A stretch of DNA of 64,000 nt from Leucoraja ocellata (Eukaryota), in the NCBI GenBank assembly GCA_036785375.1, contig JAWMAR010000030.1, forward strand, positions 1,240,001 to 1,304,000, given 5' to 3'. Below are positions 37,226 through 51,700 of this stretch, one piece after another (positions within the stretch are counted from its first letter, which is position 1; each line of letters opens with the position of its first letter). The notes below the pieces were generated by a model that made no database searches, had not been told where the DNA came from, and saw nothing but the letters and a program-made list of their open reading frames with translations. The translations under genes were made by a program, and so were the position numbers.

Positions 37226-38698
37226 TTTATTTTGCTTGCGATGTCAGGTCAACAGCTAGCTTTACCACAACGATGACCAATTCTTTGGCTGGATTAGCTC
37301 CTCTTTTAACCAAAAATCATAGAGGTGAGGAAAAAGGACATGGCAAAACTTTCAAGGTAGTTCAGAGCATTTAAAAACATTTAAAAGTTTGATGGTTACA
37401 ATTTTGAACAAAATAATTTGCAAAATTGACCAAGTTAAAATCATGATACCAAAATCCTTCAAAATACAGAGAAAAGCACATTAAGAAATAATGTAGCAAG
37501 GAAAAAACAAGCTTTGAATGTAGCACAAAATATATGGGAATTTTGAAAAAGAATCGACAAACTATTCAGGTAGCTACATATCACATTGATGTTTCAGTTG
37601 TTAAGATTCAGTTGGTATTTTCCAATTGCTCTCTTTAAACGTATGCAGCTTCTAAGCAGGGAATTTTTAGTATGTTTATTCCCCTTTTAAAAGATGAAAT
37701 TGAAATGGTAAGAAACCAGCAGCCCTTCATTTTATTTGATAGAATAGTAGCATTGGAAACTCATTTAATATTTTTTCTTTAAAAATAAATCATTTGGAAA
37801 TCTGCATTAAAGGCCTTTTGTCAGGTCACCCGGCCACATTATAAACTTCTCCTACGACTAACGTCACTGTGCATGGTCATAATTTCAGACCACGTTAAGA
37901 GCTGTAAGAAACCATAGTGCCACCTACGGGGATTAGTTAACTAAATAGCTCTTGCTGTTCCGAGATCAGCGTCATATTTGTAACCCAAGGTGCTATATTA
38001 GGCTAGATGAAGACATCGCTCCTCCGTGACGTTCCTCGAGTCATCTCGTGGAAAAGTGGACCTATTATGGTTGATTCCACAAATCACATAACACAACTCA
38101 GACTGTTATTTAACTCTGTACAAAATGTGGAAGGAAACTTGGAAAAAAAAATTATACCAGTGGACACTGAATAAATACTCATGTAAATATGTGAAATGAA
38201 ACATGAAATTAAAAGGCAGAAGCTATAAATCCTGGATGCATAGAACAGGTCCATCAACAGCTGATTAAAACATATCAGTATAGACTTCAGTAGAATGCAC
38301 AAAAACGTTTGCAAATCTATATATTTTTTCCTTCTGATTGTTGACAGGGATTCATGTGCTTTTTCATCATTTATTGTTTCTATTACTTTATGCAAACCTC
38401 AGCAAAATATCTAGAGGAACTTTATAAACTGTTACTGCAGCAACTGTGATGTGAAAGCTAACAGTAGATGACAAAGTGATAAAGCAGCATATTGGCAGCT
38501 TAGTGCATTCATGTGTTAGCTGAACTGCAACAGTGCAACTAAAATGCCAAGAGACTTGTGAGAGACAGAGGGATTGAGTTTCCAAGCTCCAGAAATATGA
38601 CTTTTCTTCAGAGCATTCACCACTGCAAATCCACACCGTCTCATGATCCTCCAGTGCTCAGGGCTCAAGGAATCAACTGCCACACCAAAATATGAATT
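37226..38698 (-). other. CHUK: Probable CHUK 3' UTR (end uncertain)
   Basis: Repeat-poor, AT-rich sequence after the stop, with candidate AATAAA signals on the minus strand at 38370-38375, 37731-37736 and 37226-37231. Confidence 0.45.
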
Positions 38699-38746
38699 TC
38701 AGGGTCTGTCTGATACCATTTCTTCAAGCCAACTCCAATCAAGAGA
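38699..38746 (-). CDS. CHUK: CHUK terminal coding exon with NEMO-binding motif
   Basis: [15 protein letters not shown]; acceptor TTTTCAG at 38749-38747; TGA at 38701-38699. Confidence 0.93.
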   Translation of the reverse strand, partial: SLDWSWLEEMVSDRP

Positions 38747-39708
38747 CTGAAAAACAAAAGTTAATGAATGCTGACTACTGTGTATTGCGAAGAAAATCAA
38801 TTTTTCATCCACTTCATCCATCAAACAAGGCAAGCTTTCTTCTCTTACAGTGTGAATGCCCATGCTTGGTTACAATGATATTGATAAACCTTCATGTTAA
38901 CTAAGTAACATAAGGCAGAGTTCAAGATAGTACAAGGTATAGGATCGCTCCTGTGTGCGGACCAAAACAAATTACAGGCCTGGCTAGATGTTCTGCATTT
39001 AACAGTTTGCACACAGCAATGTCATGAATTTCAAAATGCATTACGTCGATTGATTGAAAATGTTTACAATATAAAAACACTGTAACTCGAATCATTCAAT
39101 ACTGAAATGTAACATTTTAATATTATAGGCGAAATGTAATATTTTACATTAAAATGTTAAGATCTGTAATAGCCAAGACCTATTCTTCAAAAGCTGCTCA
39201 ATGGCAAGTCTTTTCTACTGCAAGGTTTACAGAGAAATTGCCACCATGACCTGCTGTAACAGTTACTTTTGGAATAACACAGCAGGAGATCTTTCCATAA
39301 AGGTTAATCAGTAAGGTCAGGTGATGAGCCGCAAACTTGACTATCTTGCTAATTATGTCAACGGGCCCTTCTATGCAAAATTAAAGAATCAGAAAATCGC
39401 AGCATAGGAATGGGCCACCTAAGCCTACCATGCCCCATGCTGATCTTTCTGCCCTTCGACACTAACCCCATTTGTCTGCATTAGAACATAAACTATTGAA
39501 CAGTATGGCACAGGATCAGGCCTTTCGGCGCATAGTCAGTGCCAAACACGAGGTCAAGGCCAAACGTTATCTGTCTGCATATAATCCATATCTCTCCATT
39601 ACCTGGATACCCAATGCTTATTTAGAAGTTTCCCAAATGCTCCAGGTATTCTCCACTATCTGTGTCAATAACATGCCCTGCACATTTCCACATCCTTCCT
39701 GTAATGGG

Positions 39709-39740
<32 letters not shown>

Positions 39741-42732
39741 ACTGAACCGAAGTCCTATAAAGTTACATCATGATTTCCTGACTCTTATATTCAATGCTCA
39801 GGCCAATGAAGGCATGCACACCATATCCTTCAGGAGCCTGTTTATTTTAAATGTCTCAAAATATGTAATTGCATCCGATTCCATCACTTCCTCTGGATAT
39901 CAGATATCAGCCATTCATTGTGTAAAAAACCAAACCCTCAGATTCCTCAGGATGTGTTTTGGGGAAACAAAATATAACGGCTACATTGTCATGAGTCGTA
40001 ACAGGAGAATAGGTCTCAGTTTCTTCTAAAAACAACGTCCCGCTAAATAGCTGAAAACATCACAATTAAAATACTGAATCATTCTTACCGACATGCTGTA
40101 TTTCTGGTCTGATAGAGTTTCCTGCATCAGACTGTGCAACTGGCTGCAGAAACTCTGGTTTTCTTCAATTACAGTCATGGATGATTCACTGAAAGGCAGG
40201 ATAGATGAATGAAGAAAATGGGAATAGAACATAACAGCCCATCAAGTCTGTCAGGTCCTCAGAACAGTAATCCAGTTATTACAGACTTCCTTATAACAGA
40301 TGTCTATTATGTTGGACAAAGTCTGTTATAACCGAGGCGTCCGTTCGTATCAGCAACAAAAGACCGGGTTTTAGACAATAGTAAGCCATTGCTGATCATC
40401 CACAATCAGTACCCCGATCCTGCCTTCTCCCCATATCCCTTGACACCGCTATCTTTAAGAGCTCTAACTCTCTCTTGAAAGCATCCAGAGAACTCCACTG
40501 TCTTCTGAGGCAGAGAATTCCACAGATTCACAACTCTCTGGGCGAAAACGTTTTTCCTCATCTCCGTTCTAAATGGCCAACGCCTTATTCTTAAACTGTG
40601 GCCCCTGGTTCTGGACTCTCCCGGGAACACGCATACCCGACTCATCCACACATCCCAACCCCCAAGACCATGCAAGGCGTGGGCTCGTTATTCTACAAAA
40701 TCACATTTCACATGTCTCTCTGCTGCAACAAATACAGTGTGATGAAACCCAGAAATGAAGAGTGAAGCAGGCAGTGTCTTTGAAAGTCAGGCAGATCCAC
40801 ATAATGACACATTAATGTTCCCATGGGAACCTTTACATATCCTTGGCAACCATCTGTAGCATTTAATCATTGACTGGAAGTTAAAATGGTTGGAGCATGT
40901 ACAAATCTTTGTCACCAAGATCCATATTGACTGAACTAATCCTTTATCTAGAAATCCACGTCACTAATCTACATCCAAAATGGCACAATGATGCAGTTGA
41001 TAGAGCTGCTGCCTCACAGCGCCAGACACCAGGAGCTGTTTGTGTGGAGTTTGCACGTTCTCCATGTGATCACATGGATTTCCTCCAGGTGGTTTCTCTG
41101 GTTTCCTCCCACATTCCAAGGACGTGTGGAATTGTAGGTTAATTGGCCTCTGCCAATTGCCCTTTGTTTGTAAGGAGTGGATGAGAAAGTGGGATAACAT
41201 GGAACCAGCATGAATGGGAGATCGATGGCTGGGTTTGATGGGCCAAGCCAAAGGGCATGTTTCCATGCTTTACAAGTCAACTAAAATAGCTGTGATCTGA
41301 TGTTAAAACAAAATAAATGTTGCTGTAAATTTCAGTCTAAAAAAAGCTGTTTATCAAAACCTTCTGGACACAACCCTAGGCCAATCCTGTATGTACAGTA
41401 TGCTGCCAATGCCCTGCTGCTTTTGCATATAAATCCATACCCAGGCAAAATATTATTTTCTGCATGTAAAGCTTTCCTTGAACTCAGCACTGCTTTCATA
41501 CTTAATATATCTGTTCCCAATAAATGATGTGTGTGCCAGAAGCATAATCACATTTTTCATTTCATCCATTTGAGTTAACACAATTTAAAATATGTCTAAC
41601 AGGGTAAATCAGTAGCTGAACCAAAACCTGAGTTCTGACCATGCATAGAGCTAACACTGTATACATTAAAACATAGCTGTATTGCCAGAAGTACACTTTC
41701 CACATTTATATCATTTTCTTTGTATATATTAGCTGATTTTGCACAATCAAATATAATTTTTTAATAAAAATTGTAACTGTAAATATTTAACAAGAGAAGA
41801 CTGGGCAACATCCAAATAGTTCATACCTGTTCTTCAACAAGGAAATAGAGGACAACGGGTTCGGCAAAGTATTCTGTGGTGTTAAAGTTTGGGCCTGTTG
41901 TGCCCACCCTAAACCATGGGGTGAACCTGACGACTCGAGACTGGCACTTTCAGGCCCTCGAGCCGTGCTCTGAAAGAAATGAAATTCCAAAGGATCATTA
42001 AATGTTTAATCAATGAGTTTTTCCCAATTTTAAATCAAGAAAGCAGGACGATTGAAAAAAAAAAAAAAAGAATTCTCTATTCAGAGTGAGGACGAGAGAG
42101 TTTGCTGGAATTTCAGTTTTCAACATCTCATGCTCATTCAACGTCCCATTGCAAAAGGAAAAGCTTCCAGACCACAAACATGCTTAACAAACAGACCATG
42201 TTTTAGCTGTTTAACACACAGTGAATTGTTCAGCTCATACTTGGAAATGAATCTTATCAATGGAAACAATTTTCATAATCTGTTAATTTTTCAGTAGATA
42301 AGACAAGATTTACATAAAAATCATAAACAAGATTTAAAAAATATTTTAAATAGTTAAAAAATACTCCAATTATACTCACACGTATGAATTGTTAGTTCTC
42401 TTATAATTCAAGAGGATTTTTAACATGACACAAGAGATAAAGTAATTACTTAAACTAGATTAGCAGGAGCAGTGCACAATTTCATCACTTAACAGATAAT
42501 ATATTTTCTGATATAACCGCTACTCTACATCCTGCCTTCTCTACAGTGACCCTTCACTCCCTTAGTCGGCAAAGATCTTTTCACTAGTCTTCAAAATTAC
42601 TAAAAGATTCTCCACCCGGCACTGGAAGTTTCAAAGCTTCTGAAAGAGAAAAAAAGGGGGGGGGGGGGGAAGGAAGGAAAAAAAAGGGGGGGGAATGAAT
42701 AAATAAATAAAATACTGTTTGGGGGGGGGGGG

Positions 42733-42794
<62 letters not shown>

Positions 42795-45700
42795 CTAAAT
42801 AAATAGAAATAAGTCGCTCCTCATGTTGGCTTTAAATGGACACCTCTTATTTTTAAACAGTAACTCTTGGTTCTAGTTTCTCCCAGAAATGAAAACATCC
42901 TCAAAACATTAACCCTGTCAAGATTCTTCCAGATCTTATAATGTTTCGATCAAGTCTCCTCACGTAAAAACAAGACTGATTACTGGAATTGGCATACGAA
43001 GTGTTAAAAGAGTTTTTATTTAACTTCACAGCATTGTTAATTTTGGGGAAAAAGTAGTACTTACACATGCAATTTTTAACAAATACCATATTTCTTTCTG
43101 TCTCTTCTCTTGCGATCTCAACAACATTTTTTCATTTTCTCTAATGTTGTCAAGCGCCTGTTCAATCTTTGGGAAAAGATCTATGATCTTCTGCTTACAG
43201 GCCAACAGCTTACTGTGATTTAGAAAGGAAGGCACATTGGGACAAAGATATCAAGGCAGCTTGCTGATTATATATTATATTGCTAAAACAATGACATTAA
43301 CATGCAGCAAGTAACAGATTTGAATGACAATAACTGCAAGGGATTTGTACATCTGAGATGACGATACTAATTTCAAGATTTATTAATGCCCTTTTCACAC
43401 TAGCATGAAAAACCATACGCAGTACATGGTAGGACATTTTCGTCTTTGGAATTAAATACAGGAAGTCCCCGTGTTACACAAGGGTTCCGTTCCTGAGAAC
43501 TGTTGGTTAATTAGTTCCTTTTGGGTGCTGTCTGTATGGAGTTTGCACATTCTCCCTGTGACCGCGCGGGTTTCCTCTGGGTTTGTAGCTTAATTGGCTT
43601 CTGTATACTGGACAAGTTGTGTACGGAGTGGATGGGAAAGTGGTATAACAGAAATAGTGCAAATGAGTGATCAATGATCAATGATCAAACGTTGCCTATT
43701 TCCTTCGCTCCATAGATGCTGCTGCACCCGCTGAGTTTCTCCAGCTTTTTTGTGTAACCAATGATCAGTGTGGACTTGGTGGCCGAAGGGCATGTTTCCA
43801 TCCTATATTTCCAAGCTAAACTACCCATAAGTAGGAAACAAGTATTTTTTCAGTAAGGGAAAATAAGCAAGTGACAGAAATAATAGCGGCTCACTTGGTT
43901 TCATCCAGTTACCACAAATACAGTCATGATAGAGCCAGAACACCAACAGAGGCAATGAAATTCCAACAAGACACTTCTTTTTAATGAAGCCACAGTTTAA
44001 ACACTTTGATATTTGCCCGCATAGATGCTTTCAACATAAATTATTCAATGTTATATTAAACTTTGAAGACAAACATCCATGATCAAGTACAAGAGACAGG
44101 TTTGTTTTCACAGAAGCATTGTTTGTATTTAGAGTTCTATGGGAGAATTTGCATAAAGTCAAATTTCTGTAAGTGACGGCTTCCATAACCTGGGCAGGAA
44201 TCAACTTCAGCCAAAGAATTATGGAAATGTGGGACATTTAGTCCCAGACTTTTCAAGTCTCAACCTCACAAGCAGTGACGTTTGAAGAAATATTTACAAA
44301 CGTTAATTAATCAAGAAAGTAAAGTTAAAATGGCCAATATTGATCCATCAACCTACAGCATTAATGTAAGGCAGCGAACAATACAGTACAACCCAATATA
44401 GTTTAGCTTTCAAATACCTATTACCATTAATCATTTATTATTCCCATGCAAGACAACATTGAATGGTAATGTTGATTAGGAGGGGCATAATTATCAGAGC
44501 CACACCTTTCCTTACACAAATGCAACATGAATACAACCTTCAGGTATCGATGTTCGAAATTAGACCATGAAGCCTGGTTGATTTTCGTACTTCCTTACCC
44601 TTAGGTAATGAATTGCGATAAACCCTTTAGAAAGATGGCCCAACTGAACCAGATGAAAGGAATGAACAAGGTGACACAGCGAATAAAGTCAACACTCACA
44701 ATCTTTTTCCCAGGTTAGAGGATTCTAAAAGTAAAGGGCATGGGCTTAAGGTGAGAAGGGAGGGATTTAAGAGGGACCTCAAGGGCAACGTTTTCACTCA
44801 GAGGGCAGTCTGTATCTGGGTTGAGCTTCCAGAGGAACCTATAGAAGTGGACTTTTAAAATTCATTTGAACAGAGATGAATATGAGGGGTTTAGAGAGCT
44901 GAGGGCTGCATACAGGAAAATGGGACTGAACCAGTATAGTATCTTGATTAACATGGATAACATGGACTGGAGTGCCATGACTCTACGAATAGAGATTTAT
45001 GACTCGATGAAGAGCAATGAACAGTGAGTACCAAATCTTGCTTATTACCCTTTCCAAAATAAATTTTAAATTAACTTTATTATACATGATATTAAGATAT
45101 TTTAACTTTTTAAAACTACTTATCAAACCCTATCAAATTGAGTGTTTATACCTGAGATGGGTGTAGAGCTCCTTAAGCACACGATCTTGATTCTGCACTG
45201 TTTGTACAATGATCTTCACCATCTCTGTACTGTCTCCATATTGATGTGAGTCTTAAAACAAAATATATTCTATAAATGATAGTCATCTTTGAAGGTCTGT
45301 ATCTCTCTCCTCAAATGCTGCTTGACCTGCTGAGTATGTTATCTATAACATTTTGCTGTTTTTATTTCTCACTTCCAACATCTGTCAGGTTTTTTTGTGT
45401 TTTTTTTGTTGCTAATTTTTCATTCCTTCACTTGGAAAGGGTATTTTCTAGGTGAATATTAAAGAACTTGCAACAACAACAGAAGCAAACGGCAAATCAA
45501 TTATTTGTGAAATAATTCCATTCCCACCACTTTCCATTGAAGTTTGCACTGAAATATCCCCAAAGGCCAGATGCACTGGAGCACATCTACTCAATAGTAT
45601 TGATAGAAATTAGATTGTTGCCATCTATTAACAGTCAAATCAGGGGCTTTCCACACGACAAATACCGAAGATTATTTGCTTTGCAAACACTAAAAGAAAA

Positions 45701-48700
45701 AGTAAATTGCCTCTTAACAAGCTTGCTAACAGGCCAAAGATACGCTAGTCCCACTGCCATAGATGTTATTGATTGGATGCACCAAGTCTTTTAAATAAAA
45801 AGTTTGTGATCAATGTGCTGAAGAATAAGATGCCACCAGAGGCGTGCAAGCCTGGACATTGTTATAGTGATGTCTGCATTTGCATTCATGAACCAGATGA
45901 TGGGAGATATGTAGAATGCAAGCAGACTCAAAAAATATTTATTGAAGTGATCTTATCAACTGCTTGACTGGACAACAGACACACTCCAATCTTCTACTCC
46001 CTCCCGGCTTTTCTAAGCATCATTACGCTGTAGCTGGAAACATTAAGAATCAGCTGGATAATATTAATGTGGCAGCCAAACCAAATGATATCCCATTATT
46101 CTGCCTGCTTCACCCTGCATATCTATATCAACTGAAATGGGGGGGATTTCTCAGCATTCACTTCCAGAAAGGATATGCCAGCACTTCAGAGTATTTGAAA
46201 TCCCTCTGCTCCTCCCACTCAATTTTCTTTCTCCTCACTGATTATTTTTTCACATGACTTTGATCAATCTTTCTGAAGATTACATCTGAGTATTGTATAA
46301 AGAAGCTGGAATCTGTGTGATATCAAGGTGTAATTCTGAATTTTATCTTAGATCTACACGTCAACAGCAATCACCACCTACAGAATTCCAAACAATTACA
46401 CTGAAATTAATTTATCTAAAAATAGATACCAAGAAACCATGAACTAAAACCATTCTGTTAGTTGGCGTAGCATCATATGGAAATGTGAAGACGTTTCGAT
46501 TTCTTATTTTTAAGTTCAGCTACCTAAGTGAACCTATACATGGAATGAGCTGCCAGAGGAGGTAATTAAGGCAAGTACTATAATACACTTAAAAGACACT
46601 GGGGACATGGATAGGTTTAGTGGTATATGGGCCAAATGCAGGGAAATGGGACTAGCTCGGATGGGGAATCTTGGTCAGCATGGACGAGTTGAGCTGAAGG
46701 CCCTGCTTCAATGCTGTATAATTCTATACCTCTCATTCTCATGACAGATTCTGCGTTAGTACAGCTCCTCAACCTTACATACTGTTTTTGTTTGCAATAC
46801 ATCTCTTGCACGTTAATTCAGGCCTTTACAAAAGGTCCACTAAAATCATAAGATAGGACAATACAAATTTTTAAAATTTTCTGCAATAAACTCAAAATTA
46901 GTTTTAAAATCATGAACTAGTTCTTGTTGTTTACGGATAGACAAGATAAACCTAATAAAAAAGTTTAAGACTTATTTCACACACTTTAACACTGTGTTCA
47001 TAAAGATAGAAGCTAAAATGCCAACTACAGAGTTAAAAATAAGCACAATACCTTTTGGTTTTCCCTTGAGCTTTCTGTATAAATCAATAGCTTTCTGCTC
47101 ACTAGAAAGGAAAATTATGATTAGTAAAATGATTTATTACACTAACATGCTTGAAAATCAATCTAATGAATTGTTATGTCTGTTGAAGACCAATACTTGC
47201 CATAAATAATTCCTTTCATAAATTAATCTAAACGTGTGGATGATTGGTCTATTCTGCTGAAAGCATAGTTATAGATTTTTCTGGGACTTATTCAATCCTA
47301 GCGCAGTGTTAAAGCATTTGTCCCTGTGAAAGCTCAGAACTAAATTACTGCTTTGTGTTCAGCTGCACAATACACTTTCCTTCAAGTTTAGAAATATATC
47401 TTACAGTCTTGCTTGCTCAACAGTAAAGTACTTCCCATATCTCTGTTCTCAAATGCCAGTCCTGCATCTATTAACACAACTGGACAATGACAGATTCACT
47501 TGTTCTAAACGGAATTGGATATTTTTCCTACTCAGAAACAGCAAGTGCCTCGTGATTCTTTGGTACTCAATGTGATTACACCTTCTTTACAGTGATTGAG
47601 TAACAACGTCAAAAAGGTTATGTGGAAAGCTCAAGTGACAAAATATTTGGTGATAGAAGTCCAATATAAATAATAGCTTAAAATCTTCAGAACAATTCCA
47701 CTGATGCAGAATATGAAAAAATAGATATGAGAAATCAATGTTTTCCCTATATGAGAGGCAAAAAGGTAAGTGTACAACAATGAAAAACCTATTCCAATTA
47801 TATTCCACATTAATATCACCCCATATTTTACTTAGAGAAAACGTCTGTGATTATTGTTGTATTATTATATTATTGGCCTTGGGTCCAGAATTCCAAAAAA
47901 ATCAAAAACAACAAAATTCTCACTCTGATCATGGTCGAACAATGGTAATCGAACAGAAAATTGGATTAACCATGGTCACTCATGCACCCAAGCAGTCTCC
48001 TACATGGTTTAGAAGTCTTTGTGGTGACACAAAAGGGGAAGTAGCTTCATGAAGTACACACGAAGAGAATGAGTAACCATGACAGAATACATCCTTGCCG
48101 AAGTCTGAAGAAGGGTTTTGGCCCGAAACATTGCCTATCTCCTTCGCTCCATGGATGCTGCTGCACCCGCTGAGTTTCTCCAGCATTTTTGTGTACCTGG
48201 TGAACATTAATGTAGGTATGTTACAAAACCCACCTGAATCGTCGTTGAGAATCTGTCCCAGCCCCGTGTGTGTGATTTTGGCGCTGTTTAGAGGGGGCGG
48301 GTTTAAAACACGATTTTTACTAGGCTGTTGCAATCGAAAATGTTCAGCCTAGTAAATCATTAACGGAAAATCGCTGAAAGACCCCGTCGCAAAAGGTATT
48401 ATTAGTTTTTATGGCCTTGTATAATAGTTATAGTAGTTTAAAAATCACTCTCTCAACCCGCGACCTCTCGCAGCCCCAGGGTTTTATAAAACAAACAATT
48501 AAAGGTATGTACCTTATTTTTACATTAAAAGGGGCTTCTTAAGAACCCTGTTTATATAAAGTTTTCTATAGCGAGTAGCTCATTTTGGGCTCTTTATATC
48601 CCGCAGTATTTTTCTGGGCATTTGAGGGCACAAATCCACTGCAATGTGAACGTTCTAAACCAGCGCATTCACAGGATCCCACTAGAAAGCAGATTAAAAA

Positions 48701-51700
48701 TGGACTTTAATTTACAGCAATTGAACACAAAATTCCTTCCATTTGGCCTATAAATTGATGTAAATGAGATTTAAAAATCATGTTTTATTGTGAATTATTT
48801 GTGAATATTACTTGGACACTTAGGCTATTTAAAAATGTTAATCATTTATTAAGAAATGGATAGATGTTTAGATCTAGTAATTGAAGTTTGAAATTAGCTA
48901 CAATTGGGTAACTAACTAATTATATGCTTTAATTTCAGGTCATCCAAGTAAGATTATTTTATATTTGTTTCAGAATGGTTCAATCTATGATAACTGAAAA
49001 TTTCATTCAGTTCTCTTAATTTTTAAGAAGGTTATGGGCTTTTGACTGTCCATGATCACAGCTTTTTTATTATGTCCATAGAAAATCAATAGGGAACAAG
49101 ATGCTAATTTCCGAGTATGAAAATGGCCATAACTTTTTTATTACTTGAGATATGAAAGTGAATTAGGTGTCAAATTAAACTTATTGTTATGCTTTATCTG
49201 ATGGGATAAATTGCAGACTTGATTTTTTAAATCTCAAAATTTTGTAACATTGCTAATTAATGTGTTGGGGATTGCATGCACACATCCTTTCATCACTTTA
49301 TATTGGATTATCCTTCCCAGGCTCATAATTTTTTTCTCTGAGCACAGATCCTTTGCCCTGTACAGTTTTATATCTGCAACATGTCCCAAATGTTACTTTC
49401 TCCAGTGGCTGACAGATCTGCTGACACTTATGATCTTGGTCCAGGGTGGAAGTGCAAGGCCTGCACCTCAAATTGACACAGAATGGAATGATGAGGGATA
49501 TAAAGGTCGATGGAAGGCAGGGAAAAGTCCCCAAATTTATCCACAACGGAATCATTGAAAAAACACTCATATATCGGTATCTAAGAATTACAGACCATTT
49601 CAACCCATTTTGGTTCACACTTTAGGGTAACTTTATAAAATATGTCTCCAACTTCATTTGATACCGTGCCCGTTATATCACATATGCATTCTTCTACTAC
49701 TGTGGTGGCAACAAAAACAATTTTTATTTTTACTATTTACACTTTTGAATGATGTACCTTATCACCACTGTCACACCTCTGAATGGAAAATAGTGATATT
49801 TACAACGCAAAAAAAATTGTACAGAAAGATGCTCGATTTTATGCTTTAATGAACATTAGAGTCACGGTTTGCCATTTAACCCAGGCCAGTTTTTTAAAAA
49901 ATGTTCTGCAGATTGAAGATTGTTGGCCGCATGTTAATATGCTGCATTCCTTGTCTTCCACTACTTAACACTTTATTTTTTGGGGGTGGGGGGGGGGGGG
50001 GAAGACACAGCTGCCTATTATGAAGAAATGTAAATTATTTCTCTTACAGGTTTTCCATGACGTCTCCCTGCCGTCTCGCATACGGGCTCCTCTGAAGTTC
50101 CACTATCTCACTGTGCAGACCCATAATTTGTTCTTCCAAATGACCAATTTCAGCAGCCTTAAAATGTCAAAACAAAGATTCCTTAAATGAAGCCAACTGT
50201 CTATGTTATTACAGTAACTGTCAGGTACGAAGAAACAATAATAATTAAATAATTGGATTATTCACTGCACAGCTATGTACACACAGAATAACTGATGGGT
50301 AGTGAGAGGATTCCTGCAGAAGAGTACACTGATACATGAATACACTTCATCCGTAGTCCATTAGGGTTGAGGATGAATTATTGTACTGTCAATAACCATT
50401 TCAGTTGGTTCCAAGTTGCCTGATGAAACCACAGTAGAATCCATCTGTATTGACTGTGCTTGACTAGTGAATTCCTTCCACCTTTTTACTGCTTAGCTAA
50501 AATGCAGGTAATAGTGGAAGTATTCCACACATTAGGAGCATCTTTGTAGAGCAAAGCAGAGTCAATGTAGCTCACTGTGCTGCATGGGCTGGAGATGGGG
50601 GTAGAGATGTCACCAGAACAAAACCAGGGCTAGCCTTCCTGTGTTCAAGAAGGAACTGCAGATGCTGGAAAATCGAAGGTACACAAAAATGCTGGAGAAA
50701 CTCAGCGGGTGCAGCAGCATCTATGGAGCGAAGGAAATAGGTAACGTTTTGGGCCGAAACCCTTCACAACCCTAGCCTTCCTGCTCTGCTTTTAACAACT
50801 CATACATTCTTTTGTCTATGTTCTCACTCTCTAACTGCTCTCATTCACTCATTAATCTTCTTTACAGCAGATCGCCGTTGTCATCCCACTTTAACTCCAC
50901 TCGCAACATCACCCTTCCCCACTCTGCATCATAACAAGCTTTTCTCTCCTTCTCAGGTCTGACGAAAGGTCATCAACTTGAGAATATGCTTTTCTTTGGC
51001 GACACTGATATGACACCGGCAAAATTGCCAAGTGGGACAGGCCCTTAAAGCTTCAATGCTGGGGATGCTGCCTTGGGAGAAGCTATCAATGCTGATTTGC
51101 TTTTCCTGCCTGTGAATTTGAACGATTTTTGCAGAGAGGGAGTTGGTAACACCCCACAGCTTACCCCTACACAATAGAGTTAACTTACAGTGGCCAAGTA
51201 ACCTACCAACCGGCACATTAGTGCAAATGGCATGTTGCCCTTCATTGCGAGAGGATTTGAGATTAAGAGCAAGGAGGTCCTACTGCAGTTGTACAGAGCC
51301 CTGGTCAGACTGCACCTGGAGTATTGTGTGCAATTTTGGGCTCCTAATTTGAGGAAGGACATTATTGCCATTGAGGGAGTGCAGCGTAGGTTCACCAGGT
51401 TAATTCCCGGGATGGCAGGACTGACATACGATTAAAGAATGGGTCGTTTGGGCTTTTATTTGAGAACTCGACGAGACATGGGGCATTTATTGTGCTGTAC
51501 AAGATCATATTCCGTAATTATAAACTGTAGTCGAATAAAATTAACTTTCTGATCTTTCTTGGTGACAAACCCAAGTTTCTCAGCATACCAAAGACTATTG
51601 AGCAAAATAAAAAATCAAATGCTGAAGGAACTCAATGAGTCTGACAGAATCCCTGGTGGGAACGTACAGGCAATGTTTCAAGTCAGGACACTTCCTAACC

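Noticed and set aside
39472-40029. 185-aa plus-strand ORF inside a CHUK intron
   Set aside because: It is an antisense read-through of decayed CR1 fragments with a non-ATG start and no recognisable domain.
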